A stretch of DNA of 64,000 nucleotides from an uncultured virus (IMG/VR IMGVR_UViG_3300020305_000266) (IMGVR_UViG_3300020305_000266), one strand, 5' to 3'; counted from the first letter of the stretch, positions 46,133 to 56,765 are shown. Program-made: numbers and translations. The notes: a model not told the origin generated them from the letters alone.

Positions 46133-46828
46133 ATGTATGATGTGAACAAATGGCAAGAATTATATACTCCGCACACCGACTATCAAAAAAGTCAGCATAG
46201 TGTAGTCAGTTTACCTGACAAGTATGATATAGACTTGAAAGAAATAGATAAAGGAATTGATACTGTATTAAGTAATTATGAAATGGTTGCTTATACTGTA
46301 GACACACCGGTAGGAAAAATACAAGTTCCAGGATACTACGGACTTTGCTTTAAAACTAAACCTAAATCAAATGACCCTTTAGGTGAAGGATTGACAAGTA
46401 ATATCCATTCTCACTCTAATATGAATCATCCAGTAGATATCGAATATACTGAAAAAAGTCCAGCTTGGTTTCCCTATTTAGATGAAATAACAAAAAAGTT
46501 TAGAGGACAAGTTACGCAGATTAGACTTATAAAATTGGAAGCAGGACATGACTTGTTAAGTAGAGAAAAAACTTCCCACATTGACTATCCATGGTATAGA
46601 GGTATAAGAATTCATATTTGTCTAACACCTGATGTTGATTATGTATGGAGAGTTTTAGATAAAGATTATCATTTTCAAAGATCTAGCAAAATGAATTATT
46701 TAGATACAGGTAAACCTCACGGTGCCGTAAATAATCATAATGACAAAGATAGATATGTTTTAAATATAAATTTAGCACCAAAATTAGATTTACATATTGA
46801 CGAGCAAATAGAAAAACAAATTATTTAA
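46133..46828 (+). CDS. Asp/Asn beta-hydroxylase-like oxygenase
   Basis: HID...RIHI...DTGKPHGAVN...R. Confidence 0.65.
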   Translation: MYDVNKWQELYTPHTDYQKSQHSVVSLPDKYDIDLKEIDKGIDTVLSNYEMVAYTVDTPVGKIQVPGYYGLCFKTKPKSNDPLGEGLTSNIHSHSNMNHPVDIEYTEKSPAWFPYLDEITKKFRGQVTQIRLIKLEAGHDLLSREKTSHIDYPWYRGIRIHICLTPDVDYVWRVLDKDYHFQRSSKMNYLDTGKPHGAVNNHNDKDRYVLNINLAPKLDLHIDEQIEKQII

Positions 46829-48329
46829 AAATATTTAATTTTCTTTGTTTATATTCTTCTATTCTATCTCTGTTTGTTTGACTATACTTCCTTTTTATAT
46901 ACATCTCGTCTAAACTTAAACTTAAAAGTTCATCAGTATCTTCAAATTTTCCTATATATTCCGTGATATCAAAGTTAGAAATTTTTTGCTTGAAAAAATA
47001 ATCTTTGTGATACATTTCTCCAAACTCTGAAGCCTCTTTAAAGTTGGTTATATCACTTTCCCAAATTAACGCCCTATTATCAAGTTTGTTATTAAGCCTA
47101 CCCATAGGATCTGCTTTAAACGGAACGTTGTATCCTTTTTTTATTGACCAATCAATTATCTCTTTATTTTTAGTCGGAAAGTATCCAAATTTTTGTGCGT
47201 CTACACTAAAGTCACTGTGTGTCTTTGTATCTGGGTCGTCACTAATATGTAAGCCCCAATAAAAGAAACTATCCCAATTTTTATCTAACCAGTCTAAGCT
47301 ATCATACCAAGACTTAACAGGCTCATTAGGCAATCCAGCTATCATTCCAATTGTGCCTCTATATAAACCTAACCTAGCATTAAACTCATCTCTTATCCAT
47401 AGTAAACCTTCTTTTATCTTATCGGGATGCATTCCTTTTCCTATAGCTTTTGCCGCTTCTGGATGAAATGTTTCTATTCCATAAAAATGTCCCCAACATC
47501 TTGCTCTCACTAACAATGCGATTTGTTGTGGTCTTGAAATCACTAAATCTAATCTAATAAAACAAGTAAAGTTAGGCTCAAAGGGTAAACGTTCTACAGC
47601 TAAAGCTAGTTTTTCTATCTTACTATCTCTATCATTAAACGTATCGTCACTAATAATATAGTTGGTTGTTCCCCATTTCTCATAATTGTGCATCATTTCA
47701 TTATACAAATCATCCTGTGTCCTACTATAGTCTTCTTTCACCCCTAAGAAGGCGTAATTACAATACTTACATTTGAATCTACATCCTCTACTTGTTTCTA
47801 ATGTAAGAGCTTCATGGGGTTCTATGAAATCATTTGGATGGTACACACAATCATATTTGTCTATGTCTAATCCTTTATAATGATGATTAGCATCTATCAA
47901 TAGACTATTAGGTGCCCAATCAGGATATTTTCCTATAGGTTTAGGTCCATTGTTAAACATCCATTCTAACACAGGAGTAATACTATGTTCGCTATAACCA
48001 AATACCATACAGTCTGCTCCATAATCCATTTGGTAAGGTTTAGGACCTCCCATTAAGATTTTGGCCTTAGGGTATTCTTTTTTTAAAAAAGTAATTTTAT
48101 CGTTGACCATTTCGTCCATCATCCATAAATTACCAAAGGCAAGTAAATCAACTTCGTAAGGCAACGAGTCAATAAATTGTTTCACTTCTTTGTTTGACCA
48201 TCTAGACAGCCAATCTATTACTTCGACAGTCCATCCTTGAGAACGCATCATATCGGCAATTTTATACGCACCCATGGTACGTCTAATTATATCGTCACCA
48301 CTTTCATTAAAAATTACTGCGTAATTCAT
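46821..48329 (-). CDS. cobalamin-binding-type radical SAM protein
   Basis: N-terminal domain ending ILMGG; ETSRGCRFKCKYC; DDTFN; GIET; AGLP. Confidence 0.82.
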   Translation of the reverse strand: MNYAVIFNESGDDIIRRTMGAYKIADMMRSQGWTVEVIDWLSRWSNKEVKQFIDSLPYEVDLLAFGNLWMMDEMVNDKITFLKKEYPKAKILMGGPKPYQMDYGADCMVFGYSEHSITPVLEWMFNNGPKPIGKYPDWAPNSLLIDANHHYKGLDIDKYDCVYHPNDFIEPHEALTLETSRGCRFKCKYCNYAFLGVKEDYSRTQDDLYNEMMHNYEKWGTTNYIISDDTFNDRDSKIEKLALAVERLPFEPNFTCFIRLDLVISRPQQIALLVRARCWGHFYGIETFHPEAAKAIGKGMHPDKIKEGLLWIRDEFNARLGLYRGTIGMIAGLPNEPVKSWYDSLDWLDKNWDSFFYWGLHISDDPDTKTHSDFSVDAQKFGYFPTKNKEIIDWSIKKGYNVPFKADPMGRLNNKLDNRALIWESDITNFKEASEFGEMYHKDYFFKQKISNFDITEYIGKFEDTDELLSLSLDEMYIKRKYSQTNRDRIEEYKQRKLNIFK

Positions 48330-48949
48330 TTTACCTTTGCTACCATATTCCAACATGGGTAAGCCCAATAATCGCTGAAAGATGGTAATGTTTCCTTTTC
48401 TAATAATACAATATTAAAATTTTTAAAAGTATTTAATAAATCTTGTTCTTCTAATTGCGGAGGAGTATATTCAACACTTCCTAATTTATTTTCTAATCTA
48501 CCTGATTGATTACAGTAAACTCCGTTTTTCATTAAAACCTTTTGTACTATATTTGCGTACTGTTCTCTATATTCGTGTGGTACAAAATGATATAATCCAA
48601 AATCTATTATTACATCATATTTGTTCTCTGTGTTTAATTCAAATAAATCAATACATTGAAATACACAATCACTTTGTTTTTTCTTAGCATTATCTATTGC
48701 TTTGTCAGAAATATCAATTCCATGTACTTCATATCCCATTTTGCTTAAAGGTATGCTATTACGACCTTCTCCGCAACCTAAATCTAAAATTTTACTTTCC
48801 TTAGGAAAATAACTTATGAACTTTTCCAACACACTTGCTGGTGCTTTCCCCCATGCTGGATTTCCTGCTTCATAAATAGTGTTCCAAAAATTAGGTAACT
48901 TAATCTCATAGTCTTCGAGATGCTTGTTAACAGGATATTGTGTTGACAT
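48326..48949 (-). CDS. class I SAM-dependent methyltransferase
   Basis: ILDLGCGEGRN and GIDIS motifs. Confidence 0.88.
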   Translation of the reverse strand: MSTQYPVNKHLEDYEIKLPNFWNTIYEAGNPAWGKAPASVLEKFISYFPKESKILDLGCGEGRNSIPLSKMGYEVHGIDISDKAIDNAKKKQSDCVFQCIDLFELNTENKYDVIIDFGLYHFVPHEYREQYANIVQKVLMKNGVYCNQSGRLENKLGSVEYTPPQLEEQDLLNTFKNFNIVLLEKETLPSFSDYWAYPCWNMVAKVK

Positions 48950-49518
48950 CAGGTAAGGTCCGCAACTGCCTCTGCGTATGGCGCTTCATATGCCCAACTA
49001 AAGATTACCCTCATTGAATCAGTAGTGTTTATTATTTGATGTGGCATTTTAGTATTAATTAGAGTGGGCATTACAGTGACATGTTCACAGGCAAGTTCCG
49101 CATTTTCAACATAAGTTAACCATTCGTTAGATTGCCATATACCTTTTTTATCGCCAAATTGATCATAAATTGATTCTGCTATATCTCCGTTTTTAAAAAA
49201 CTTTGTAATCTTTGAGCTGTCGCAGTTGTGAACAGGTATACTTATTGCTGAACTCCTGTGTGCGTCAATGTGTATAGGCCAAGAACCTTTACTACACTTC
49301 ATTAGCTTTATAAAACTTTTTAATTTAGGATATTTTGCTCGTATTCCGCTCAGATATTCGTCTGCTTCAACATCAACAACTTTTACATCTGTGTATAATG
49401 CTAATGCTTCAACATCTGATAAGCTCTTCCATTCATCGGTAAGCATGTCATCTGCTATACCTTTCATGTAATCTAAATCTACAAATCCGGGTAGCTCTGT
49501 TAAATATGGTTCTTTCAT
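48949..49518 (-). CDS. Fe/2OG oxygenase-like (DSBH) protein
   Basis: IHID...NTKMPHQIIN...R. Confidence 0.6.
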   Translation of the reverse strand: MKEPYLTELPGFVDLDYMKGIADDMLTDEWKSLSDVEALALYTDVKVVDVEADEYLSGIRAKYPKLKSFIKLMKCSKGSWPIHIDAHRSSAISIPVHNCDSSKITKFFKNGDIAESIYDQFGDKKGIWQSNEWLTYVENAELACEHVTVMPTLINTKMPHQIINTTDSMRVIFSWAYEAPYAEAVADLT

Positions 49519-50042
49519 AATGTTTTACCTTTCAATTTTTTTTCAAATATTTGGCAAACATCTTCGTACGTTTCTTCAAAGCACAACTGAAACACTATTC
49601 TTGTATCGTTGTTCTCTGTGAAGTAAACATTATGATAATGTCCCCCAGTATTTAATATTGCTCCGTACCCTTCATAATTGATACTGGCTACTTTATTTAG
49701 TGACTCGTCATAGAACCAAGTTTCACCACAATTTTCTGTTAAAGGAAAACTAATTACTGTCTGTCGGGGGATATATGTTCCTTCAAATTCATTATGTCTA
49801 TTTTTATCTTTATGGATTTTACTTCCTGATTCATTTACTTTTAGTAGCTGACAAACACAATTTAATCCTGTTTTGTTGAACTTTTGTATTGTACTAGGAA
49901 ATTTGAAGAAACTTATTTTGTAACTTATATCTACAAAAGCATCAGGCTTTAAAGCTATAGCTAATAATTCGTTTTTAGTCTGTTCACTAATAATGTTAGG
50001 AATAACTCTATAATACGGATCATAACTTTGTAGCATATTCAT
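49515..50042 (-). CDS. Fe/2OG oxygenase-like (DSBH) protein
   Basis: IHKD...HYHNV...RIVFQ. Confidence 0.55.
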   Translation of the reverse strand: MNMLQSYDPYYRVIPNIISEQTKNELLAIALKPDAFVDISYKISFFKFPSTIQKFNKTGLNCVCQLLKVNESGSKIHKDKNRHNEFEGTYIPRQTVISFPLTENCGETWFYDESLNKVASINYEGYGAILNTGGHYHNVYFTENNDTRIVFQLCFEETYEDVCQIFEKKLKGKTL

Positions 50043-50859
50043 CTTTTTTAATTTCGTATTTGCTTATAAGTAAGTCAGTGACAGATCCTGTAATCGTTGT
50101 AGGAGTCACACCGCCACTTGAACTAGTAATAAAAACCTCATCTGCTGACAAAAATAGTTCTGTAGTTATAGGCATTCTTTGAAAATTTATATCTTGTTCA
50201 TTTGCTATATCCTCAACTACACTCATTGTAATACCTTTTAGAACATTTTTGTTAGAAGTCATTATGACTTTATCTTTTACAATACCTACATTGAACCCAG
50301 GGCCTTCAGTAACTAGTCCGTCAGTATCTACTAACACAGTCGTATCAAATCCGGTTGGACAATTCATTTGACTCATTGTTAATTCTATCCAAGCCATGTT
50401 CTTATATTGTTGTCCGTAGTAATCGTCGTTTACTCTGTGTGTTTTTTTATCCAAGTATAATTTAACCATCGGTGTTGATGCTATAGGATAACTAGGTTTA
50501 ATATACATGGCAAAATTTATAGGACAATTTTCTAAATCTCTTGGATTTCCACTAGAAGGATATCCACGCCAAATTATAAACCATACAAATGCATTCTCAA
50601 TAGGATTACGTTTAGCAAGTTCTTTAATTACTTCTAAAGTATCTACATTTGGAATAGTTAGTCCGTAACGTTTAGCACTATTCTGAAATCTTTTTAAGTG
50701 CCTTTCATAACAAAATGCTTTTCCTTTATACACAGGCATTACATCATAAGTAGCATCACAATGGATAAAACCAAAATCTAATATGCTAGGTCCTATATCT
50801 TTTAACGGCAGGAATTCACCGTTTTTATATGCTATTAAGTCTAATACATTATTCATCAA
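50020..50859 (-). CDS. class IV PLP aminotransferase (BCAT/DAAT-like)
   Basis: HLKRF.NS, YKN, TEGPGFN, LKGIT and ADEVFITSS motifs. Confidence 0.88.
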   Translation of the reverse strand: MMNNVLDLIAYKNGEFLPLKDIGPSILDFGFIHCDATYDVMPVYKGKAFCYERHLKRFQNSAKRYGLTIPNVDTLEVIKELAKRNPIENAFVWFIIWRGYPSSGNPRDLENCPINFAMYIKPSYPIASTPMVKLYLDKKTHRVNDDYYGQQYKNMAWIELTMSQMNCPTGFDTTVLVDTDGLVTEGPGFNVGIVKDKVIMTSNKNVLKGITMSVVEDIANEQDINFQRMPITTELFLSADEVFITSSSGGVTPTTITGSVTDLLISKYEIKKDEYATKL

Positions 50860-51106
50860 AATTTACCTTTTTAAGTTGCGGATCGTCAGGCAATTTTTTC
50901 TTAAGTTCCTTTAATCTATTAATTCGCCATTCTAATAATTTAAAATCAAGAACCCAAGGAAAAATAGCGTGAATAAGACTACCGATTGTTACTCCAAGTA
51001 GAAAAAAGAATTCAGCTATGGCTAATTTAAAGTGCCACCAATACCCTGCATCTTCTCTACCTGCTTTTGCTTTTGCTTCTTGTAAGTGTTTAGGATTGTA
51101 CCACAT
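50849..51106 (-). CDS. small hypothetical protein
   Basis: KHL...YWWHF...IHAIFP. Confidence 0.6.
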   Translation of the reverse strand: MWYNPKHLQEAKAKAGREDAGYWWHFKLAIAEFFFLLGVTIGSLIHAIFPWVLDFKLLEWRINRLKELKKKLPDDPQLKKVNFDE

Positions 51107-51650
51107 AATTTCCTTTCAACAAACTTCTACGTCTATTATACTCATTTATATTTAAATGCCAAATTGTTTGCTCACAGTTATATAATTCCATATCGCAATG
51201 TTTATCAAGTATTCCTTGCCTTGCTAATAGACCCATTAATCTATGATTGCGGGCCGCTTTACCGTTTGAATGTTCTCGGTAAATGTTTGTAGTAATATAT
51301 AGCTTGTCTGTAGGACAATAATCTATAAAGCGAGGAATAAATTCTCTTTGAGTAACGCTGTTCCAATCACCCTTTCCTAATCCTTTGAAGTTACTATCAT
51401 GAGGTAGTTCACAACCTCTAAATAAAATTCTCCAAGCATCTTCGCCTACTTCCGGCAACGGATGACATCCGGCTACTGCTATTATATTTCCATTTTTTAA
51501 AGCACAAAAATATTCTCCCCATTCTTTTGTTTTTTCAAATCTCATTTCTTTCAGACTACTGTTATTAACATAGCCTAATTCTTTTGCTTTTTCACAAAAG
51601 GTTTCTAACTTAGAGATGAGATCATCAGTGATTATTTTTACTTCAATCAT
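51090..51650 (-). CDS. GNAT-like acetyltransferase
   Basis: IIAVAGCH...RILFRG...FKGLG pattern. Confidence 0.45.
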   Translation of the reverse strand: MIEVKIITDDLISKLETFCEKAKELGYVNNSSLKEMRFEKTKEWGEYFCALKNGNIIAVAGCHPLPEVGEDAWRILFRGCELPHDSNFKGLGKGDWNSVTQREFIPRFIDYCPTDKLYITTNIYREHSNGKAARNHRLMGLLARQGILDKHCDMELYNCEQTIWHLNINEYNRRRSLLKGNYVVQS

Positions 51651-52264
51651 AGTGGCATTAAATTTGTTACTATTTCTTCTGCTGTTTTTTTATTAAGTTC
51701 AAGATTAACAACTAACCAATAACTATCTTCATTTGTACTATTAAATAATTGATGTACCTTTGCTGTATTTAAAAAGTACAAATGACCTAAACGCCAATTT
51801 AAAATTTTATCTTCTAGTATAAATGTACAAGGATTTTTCATTGGACATATTAATCTACAACTATCTAAATTAAGATGCCTAAAATCTCTATGGGTAGGAA
51901 AATATCCGCCAGGGGCTAATTTTAAAATATGTGTCCTAAAAAAATTACCTTCAAATGGTTTTAAAAAATCTTTTATACTGTTACTTTTCGTATACGCATC
52001 TGTATACACATTAAAATCTTGCTCTTCATAATTTGTATTATTTTCTTGATTGTATTCGTGTAAACTATCTAGATCTGGTATTCCAGATAACCCGCCGTCT
52101 AAACTGGTTAGGCTTAATCCGTATCTAGCAATAGGTTTTCTAGGATTGTATTTGACATAGTCAAAGTTTTCTTCTGTCCATTTTATGTATGCTCTGCTAT
52201 CAAAATTGAAACCTAGCCTAATAAAATCACCATATTGTGTTATTGTTTGATACAAGCCAGACAA
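51647..52264 (-). CDS. Asp/Asn beta-hydroxylase-like oxygenase
   Basis: PGGYFPTHRD...NTAKVHQLFN; TTG start placed after GGAGG (ORF open from 52276). Confidence 0.65.
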   Translation of the reverse strand: MSGLYQTITQYGDFIRLGFNFDSRAYIKWTEENFDYVKYNPRKPIARYGLSLTSLDGGLSGIPDLDSLHEYNQENNTNYEEQDFNVYTDAYTKSNSIKDFLKPFEGNFFRTHILKLAPGGYFPTHRDFRHLNLDSCRLICPMKNPCTFILEDKILNWRLGHLYFLNTAKVHQLFNSTNEDSYWLVVNLELNKKTAEEIVTNLMPL

Positions 52265-52286
52265 GATATCCTCCAAATTCTATTCA

Positions 52287-52299
52287 TATAAATATTTAT
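52287..52299. promoter_or_regulatory. palindromic bidirectional late-type promoter
   Basis: ATAAATATTTAT (52288-52299) gives TAAATA on both strands between divergent genes. Confidence 0.6.
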
Positions 52300-52326
52300 T
52301 GAACGTATGTAAAGGTTTTAGTCAAT

Positions 52327-53205
52327 ATGAATAGACAAACTCAGCTAGAAAATCAAATAAAATTTATGAATTATGACCGTAGTAAAAACATGGACGTAAT
52401 TCGTAACATGCAAAAATGTCAAAGGAATTGGGACTACTCTAAAAAAATATGGGACGAAATAGTCGAATATTTACTATGGATTGCAGAAAATAGTCCTTCC
52501 AAACAATGGGAAGCCTATTACGATGTGTATTGGAGTGCTGACAGGAAAGTAGTACAAGAAATATCCAGGTATACCTGGGGGTGTACACATAGCAGAAATC
52601 CTCCTAGCACATGGAGAAATGCTCAAGCTAATGCTAATATGTATATGTTATTTGTTGCCAAAGAGCCTGAAACGCAAGAGAATTGTAACCCCGACGGAAC
52701 TTTAAAATCTAACACTAAAAATTCTAGATGGGAAAATGCTTATGTCAGTATAGGTATAGCAATGGGGCTTGTTATGCATGCCGCTCATAAATTAGATATG
52801 GTTACAGGTTGTAATAAGAGTCACGGTGATATAAATGGCGACATGTTCTGGGAAAAAAGGCTTGGAATCTTGGATGATGTAAAAGCAGGCAGGAAAAAGA
52901 TTGCTTATGGCATAGGCATAGGATATCCACAAGCAGACAAAGAAAGATGGCAAACAGATGAGACAGAATTAGCAATAGGTGCTGGCAACGGAGATACATT
53001 AACAACTTTAAATGAAAAAGATCCTAATTGGGTAGATAAACATATTGATACAGGAAAAACCGTCAGGAAAATTAAGATAGTAAACATAAAAGAAAACTCA
53101 GAAGCAGTTGACCCTTATGGCAATTTACATCCACTACCTCTTACAAGTGATATTAAAATTAACACACAAAAAATACGCAAAATTAATGTGACGGAGATTA
53201 AATGA
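52327..53205 (+). CDS. nitroreductase-like protein
   Basis: CQRNWD, SPSKQ, SIGIAMG...AA and GIGIGYP patterns. Confidence 0.65.
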   Translation: MNRQTQLENQIKFMNYDRSKNMDVIRNMQKCQRNWDYSKKIWDEIVEYLLWIAENSPSKQWEAYYDVYWSADRKVVQEISRYTWGCTHSRNPPSTWRNAQANANMYMLFVAKEPETQENCNPDGTLKSNTKNSRWENAYVSIGIAMGLVMHAAHKLDMVTGCNKSHGDINGDMFWEKRLGILDDVKAGRKKIAYGIGIGYPQADKERWQTDETELAIGAGNGDTLTTLNEKDPNWVDKHIDTGKTVRKIKIVNIKENSEAVDPYGNLHPLPLTSDIKINTQKIRKINVTEIK

Positions 53206-54086
53206 TAAACATAGTTGTTACAAGCAAACCTTGTGATGGTTTGTTTTACTATAGTTACGAATACAAATCAGCTTTAAAAAGTATAGGTATGCCTGTACAA
53301 GTTATAGTAATTACACATAGAAAATTTAAGGAACAAGATTATTTAGACAGCATAAATGAAAAATATATTCATTGTGAAGATTTATTTTTCAACGATTTTA
53401 ATCCTGAAGAAAATGACACAACTTTAATCATGGGTAGAAGCATGATGACATTAGGTTATCAGGATTTCAAAGAATATACGGAATCTCAACAGGAAACTTT
53501 GAAAAAAGTTTTTAGTAAAAATCTAATAGCTGTATATTCCGAAAATCATCCTACTAGATATCATCAAGCTATCGGATTTTTTAATCCTGCGAAAATAATA
53601 GATTTATGCGACACTGATGTGTATCCAGAAGGGCCTACAGAATTACATTTTGAGAAACATATTAATTTTACAATTCACAAAGATATAATAGATGATATTA
53701 AGTTTGATCATTTGTTTTTAGGAACTAACGACAAATACTATGCTACTATAAATTCAATAATTAAAGACTATCCTGATCATGGAATTATTACATACGATGA
53801 AGATTATATAAATGAAAACAATAATAATGTTTTTGCTCCAGTCAAAAATATTATGGGAATGTTTAAAACTTATGTATATACTAAGGATACTTTTGATCCA
53901 GCACCAAGAATATTTCAAGAATGTAGATATTTTGGTAAGGAAGTAATTTATCAAAGAGATAAAAGTATAAAAGATGGAGGTAGTGTGTATTGGGATAGAG
54001 GCTTGAAAGATCCTGATATATCTAATATAGCAACAGCAATACAGCAATTTGCGGGTCAACGAAATGTGCCTGTAAAGAAGGGATAG
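53202..54086 (+). CDS. hypothetical protein, possibly glycosyltransferase-like
   Basis: 294-aa ORF; DPAPRIFQEC. Confidence 0.6.
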   Translation: MINIVVTSKPCDGLFYYSYEYKSALKSIGMPVQVIVITHRKFKEQDYLDSINEKYIHCEDLFFNDFNPEENDTTLIMGRSMMTLGYQDFKEYTESQQETLKKVFSKNLIAVYSENHPTRYHQAIGFFNPAKIIDLCDTDVYPEGPTELHFEKHINFTIHKDIIDDIKFDHLFLGTNDKYYATINSIIKDYPDHGIITYDEDYINENNNNVFAPVKNIMGMFKTYVYTKDTFDPAPRIFQECRYFGKEVIYQRDKSIKDGGSVYWDRGLKDPDISNIATAIQQFAGQRNVPVKKG

Positions 54087-54088
54087 TA

Positions 54089-55162
54089 ATGATATCATAC
54101 GACGGATGGGATAGAGAGTACCAAAAAAATAGATCAGCGTACCTAGACATATTTGAAAGTTTTATGTCGCAACTTAATTATGAAAACGCAGAAGATTTCG
54201 AAAAACAAATAGCAGAATACGTAGGTAGGAAACATGTCGTATCCGTAGCTTGTGCTACTGATGCCTTAGGCTTTTCTTTAATGAGTCACGGTATAGGTCC
54301 AGGTGACGAAGTTTTGGTAACAGACTTCAGCTGGATTTCGACATCTTCATGTATAAGTATGACCGGTGCCACTCCTGTTTTCTGTGATATAGATTTAGAT
54401 TCGTATCATATGAGTTTTGAAAGTATAAAACGCATGGTAAGTCCTAAGACAAAAGCAATAGTATATACACATCTATTTGGAAACATGGTTGATGTCACTG
54501 AAATAATAGAATTTTGTACGGAGAAAAAAATATTCTTTATTGAAGATGCCGCACAATCGTTAGGTTCTAGTTACAATAAAGTAAAAGCAGGTAGCATAGG
54601 ACATTGTAGTTCCTTTAGTTTTAACACAAATAAAGTGATCGCAGGCATAAACGGTGGTGGTGTGTTTATGACTGATAATGAAGATATAGCTAATATTGTT
54701 AGAAAACTAAGAAGACACGGAAAAGACAAGGATTTTGAAATGATTGGTTACAATTCTAGATTGTATGTTTTCAATTCTATGATTATAAAACAAAGAATGA
54801 AAAATATTGTTGAAACGCAAAAAACGAGACAAGAAATAGCCCAAAGATATAATGATGCTTTTAAAGACTTACCTGTAATTACACAAAAGCCTAGTGGCAT
54901 ATTAGATCATAATTTTCACAAATATACTGTAAGATTTGAAAATAAAGAAATTAGAAAAAAAGTTAAAAAGGAACTGAGTTTATCCATACACTACGAACGT
55001 CCTTTATCAGAAAACTCTATGTATGAACATTTAAAATATAGAAAAGACGATTGTAAAAATGCTAAATTAGTAGCAGATACTATTGTATCACTTCCAATAC
55101 ATGCTTGGTTAAAAGAAGAAGAAATAAATCAAATTATAGATAAAGTAAAATCAAGTTTCTAG
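54089..55162 (+). CDS. DegT/DnrJ/EryC1/StrS sugar aminotransferase
   Basis: GPGDEV, GATPVFCD, IEDAAQS, SFSFNTNK and SLPIH motifs. Confidence 0.92.
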   Translation: MISYDGWDREYQKNRSAYLDIFESFMSQLNYENAEDFEKQIAEYVGRKHVVSVACATDALGFSLMSHGIGPGDEVLVTDFSWISTSSCISMTGATPVFCDIDLDSYHMSFESIKRMVSPKTKAIVYTHLFGNMVDVTEIIEFCTEKKIFFIEDAAQSLGSSYNKVKAGSIGHCSSFSFNTNKVIAGINGGGVFMTDNEDIANIVRKLRRHGKDKDFEMIGYNSRLYVFNSMIIKQRMKNIVETQKTRQEIAQRYNDAFKDLPVITQKPSGILDHNFHKYTVRFENKEIRKKVKKELSLSIHYERPLSENSMYEHLKYRKDDCKNAKLVADTIVSLPIHAWLKEEEINQIIDKVKSSF

Positions 55163-55849
55163 TTTAATAAATGATAAGATATCTCTTGCGGCTACCATGT
55201 GAGATCCACGTCCTGGATGTAGGTTGTCTAACGCTATGTCAATAAAAAAAGATTTGTTTTTCAGCCTCATTAAATTTACATTATTCCAAGAATAATCTAA
55301 ATCTTTGTAATTGTTTTCGCACGTCACATGATAATTTTTTATTCCGATTCTATCTAAATGATATTTTGCCATATTCATTCTTACAATAGAATCATAAGCA
55401 GTATCTACATCTGTATGAAATTTTTCATAGTATAATAATGTATCTTCTAGGTTGGTTCCATTTGGCGCTCTTCTGCTTGTTCCTATTTTTTCAACGTCCA
55501 TTGGCATAAATCTTTGAATTGCTCCGCCTCTCCAATCCTGTCTTTCTTTTTCTAAAAATACACAGTACCGATCAAAGTAACTCCACATTACTACAACTAT
55601 ATCACCTTTTACATATTTTGTATGTAGAATGATGTCTAATATATGTTTATTAGATGCTCCTGGCACAGCAAAATTTACACATTTTCGTCCTAAATCATCT
55701 GACACTAGTCTAGGCCAAGCGTATTTACTAGGTTTTTGTCCGTGTGATCCTTTTTGCTTCATGGTAGGTTGTCCATTTTTGTCTACCCAACAATCAGTAA
55801 GTCCTTCACCATACGTGTTACTACAACCAAATGCTACTAATCTGTTCAT
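55151..55849 (-). CDS. SGNH-like protein
   Basis: AFGCSNTYG, PGASN and DNLHPG motifs. Confidence 0.6.
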   Translation of the reverse strand: MNRLVAFGCSNTYGEGLTDCWVDKNGQPTMKQKGSHGQKPSKYAWPRLVSDDLGRKCVNFAVPGASNKHILDIILHTKYVKGDIVVVMWSYFDRYCVFLEKERQDWRGGAIQRFMPMDVEKIGTSRRAPNGTNLEDTLLYYEKFHTDVDTAYDSIVRMNMAKYHLDRIGIKNYHVTCENNYKDLDYSWNNVNLMRLKNKSFFIDIALDNLHPGRGSHMVAARDILSFIKLET

Positions 55850-55919
55850 GCTTATATTTACCTGCCAGGCTTTAATGTATTTTATTTTGCGAATAATAAA
55901 TATTCAAGTAAGAGTGTAA

Positions 55920-56765
55920 ATGAGAAAACCTATATCATTAAAAGAACTTAAAGGTTCACAATACAGAACAGTGGATTTTTATCTTTCAAAATCCTGTAAT
56001 AAATCGTGCCACTACTGTACTGCTTGGACTCTTGAAATGAGATACCTACACACAAATATGGATTTGGTGCGTACTATCCTAAAAGGATTATCTCCTTACA
56101 AAACAAGAATATGTTTACTTGGAGGAGAACCAGGGCTTATAAAAAATCTTGACGAAATAATAGCAGAGATAAAGAAACATGACAATTTGATACCACAGGT
56201 ATTATCAAATAGTCTAGTTAGAAAATTTTATCCACACATACTTGAAGACCCTGAAATCATTTATATAGAACATTTAGTATTAGACTTTTATGAAGATAAA
56301 ATAGAAAAACTAGGCAACTGGCCGTTTTTGCCAAGAAATGATAAAAACAATTATAATTTAATAATAGAAACTCCTGGTTATTTCAAATACAGAGATAGAT
56401 TTGATCTTACAGAAATAGATCACGAAAATACAGAATTTAAAGAATATAATTCTAGATCACCTGACTTCCATAGTGATCACGATATAATACAAGCACCAGA
56501 GATAGAACGGAGAATATGTGCTAAATTTCCGCAGGTTCCTGTTTTTGATTTTGAAATACAAAAGATCAGGCACTGCAGTAGGAAAGCAATTGACGGTTCT
56601 AGAGAATTTGATATAACTGTAGAAAATATACAAAAAATGATGGAATATAAATTATTTGACTTTGAAAAATATTGTACTACTTGTATGGATATTATTCCTC
56701 CTAGACCAGAGGCTAGGAGATTAGAAATACTAGAAAAATTAGCATTGGAAAAAACACCAGCATGA
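55920..56765 (+). CDS. radical SAM protein
   Basis: CNKSCHYC; GGEPG; C-terminal Cys residues. Confidence 0.85.
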   Translation: MRKPISLKELKGSQYRTVDFYLSKSCNKSCHYCTAWTLEMRYLHTNMDLVRTILKGLSPYKTRICLLGGEPGLIKNLDEIIAEIKKHDNLIPQVLSNSLVRKFYPHILEDPEIIYIEHLVLDFYEDKIEKLGNWPFLPRNDKNNYNLIIETPGYFKYRDRFDLTEIDHENTEFKEYNSRSPDFHSDHDIIQAPEIERRICAKFPQVPVFDFEIQKIRHCSRKAIDGSREFDITVENIQKMMEYKLFDFEKYCTTCMDIIPPRPEARRLEILEKLALEKTPA

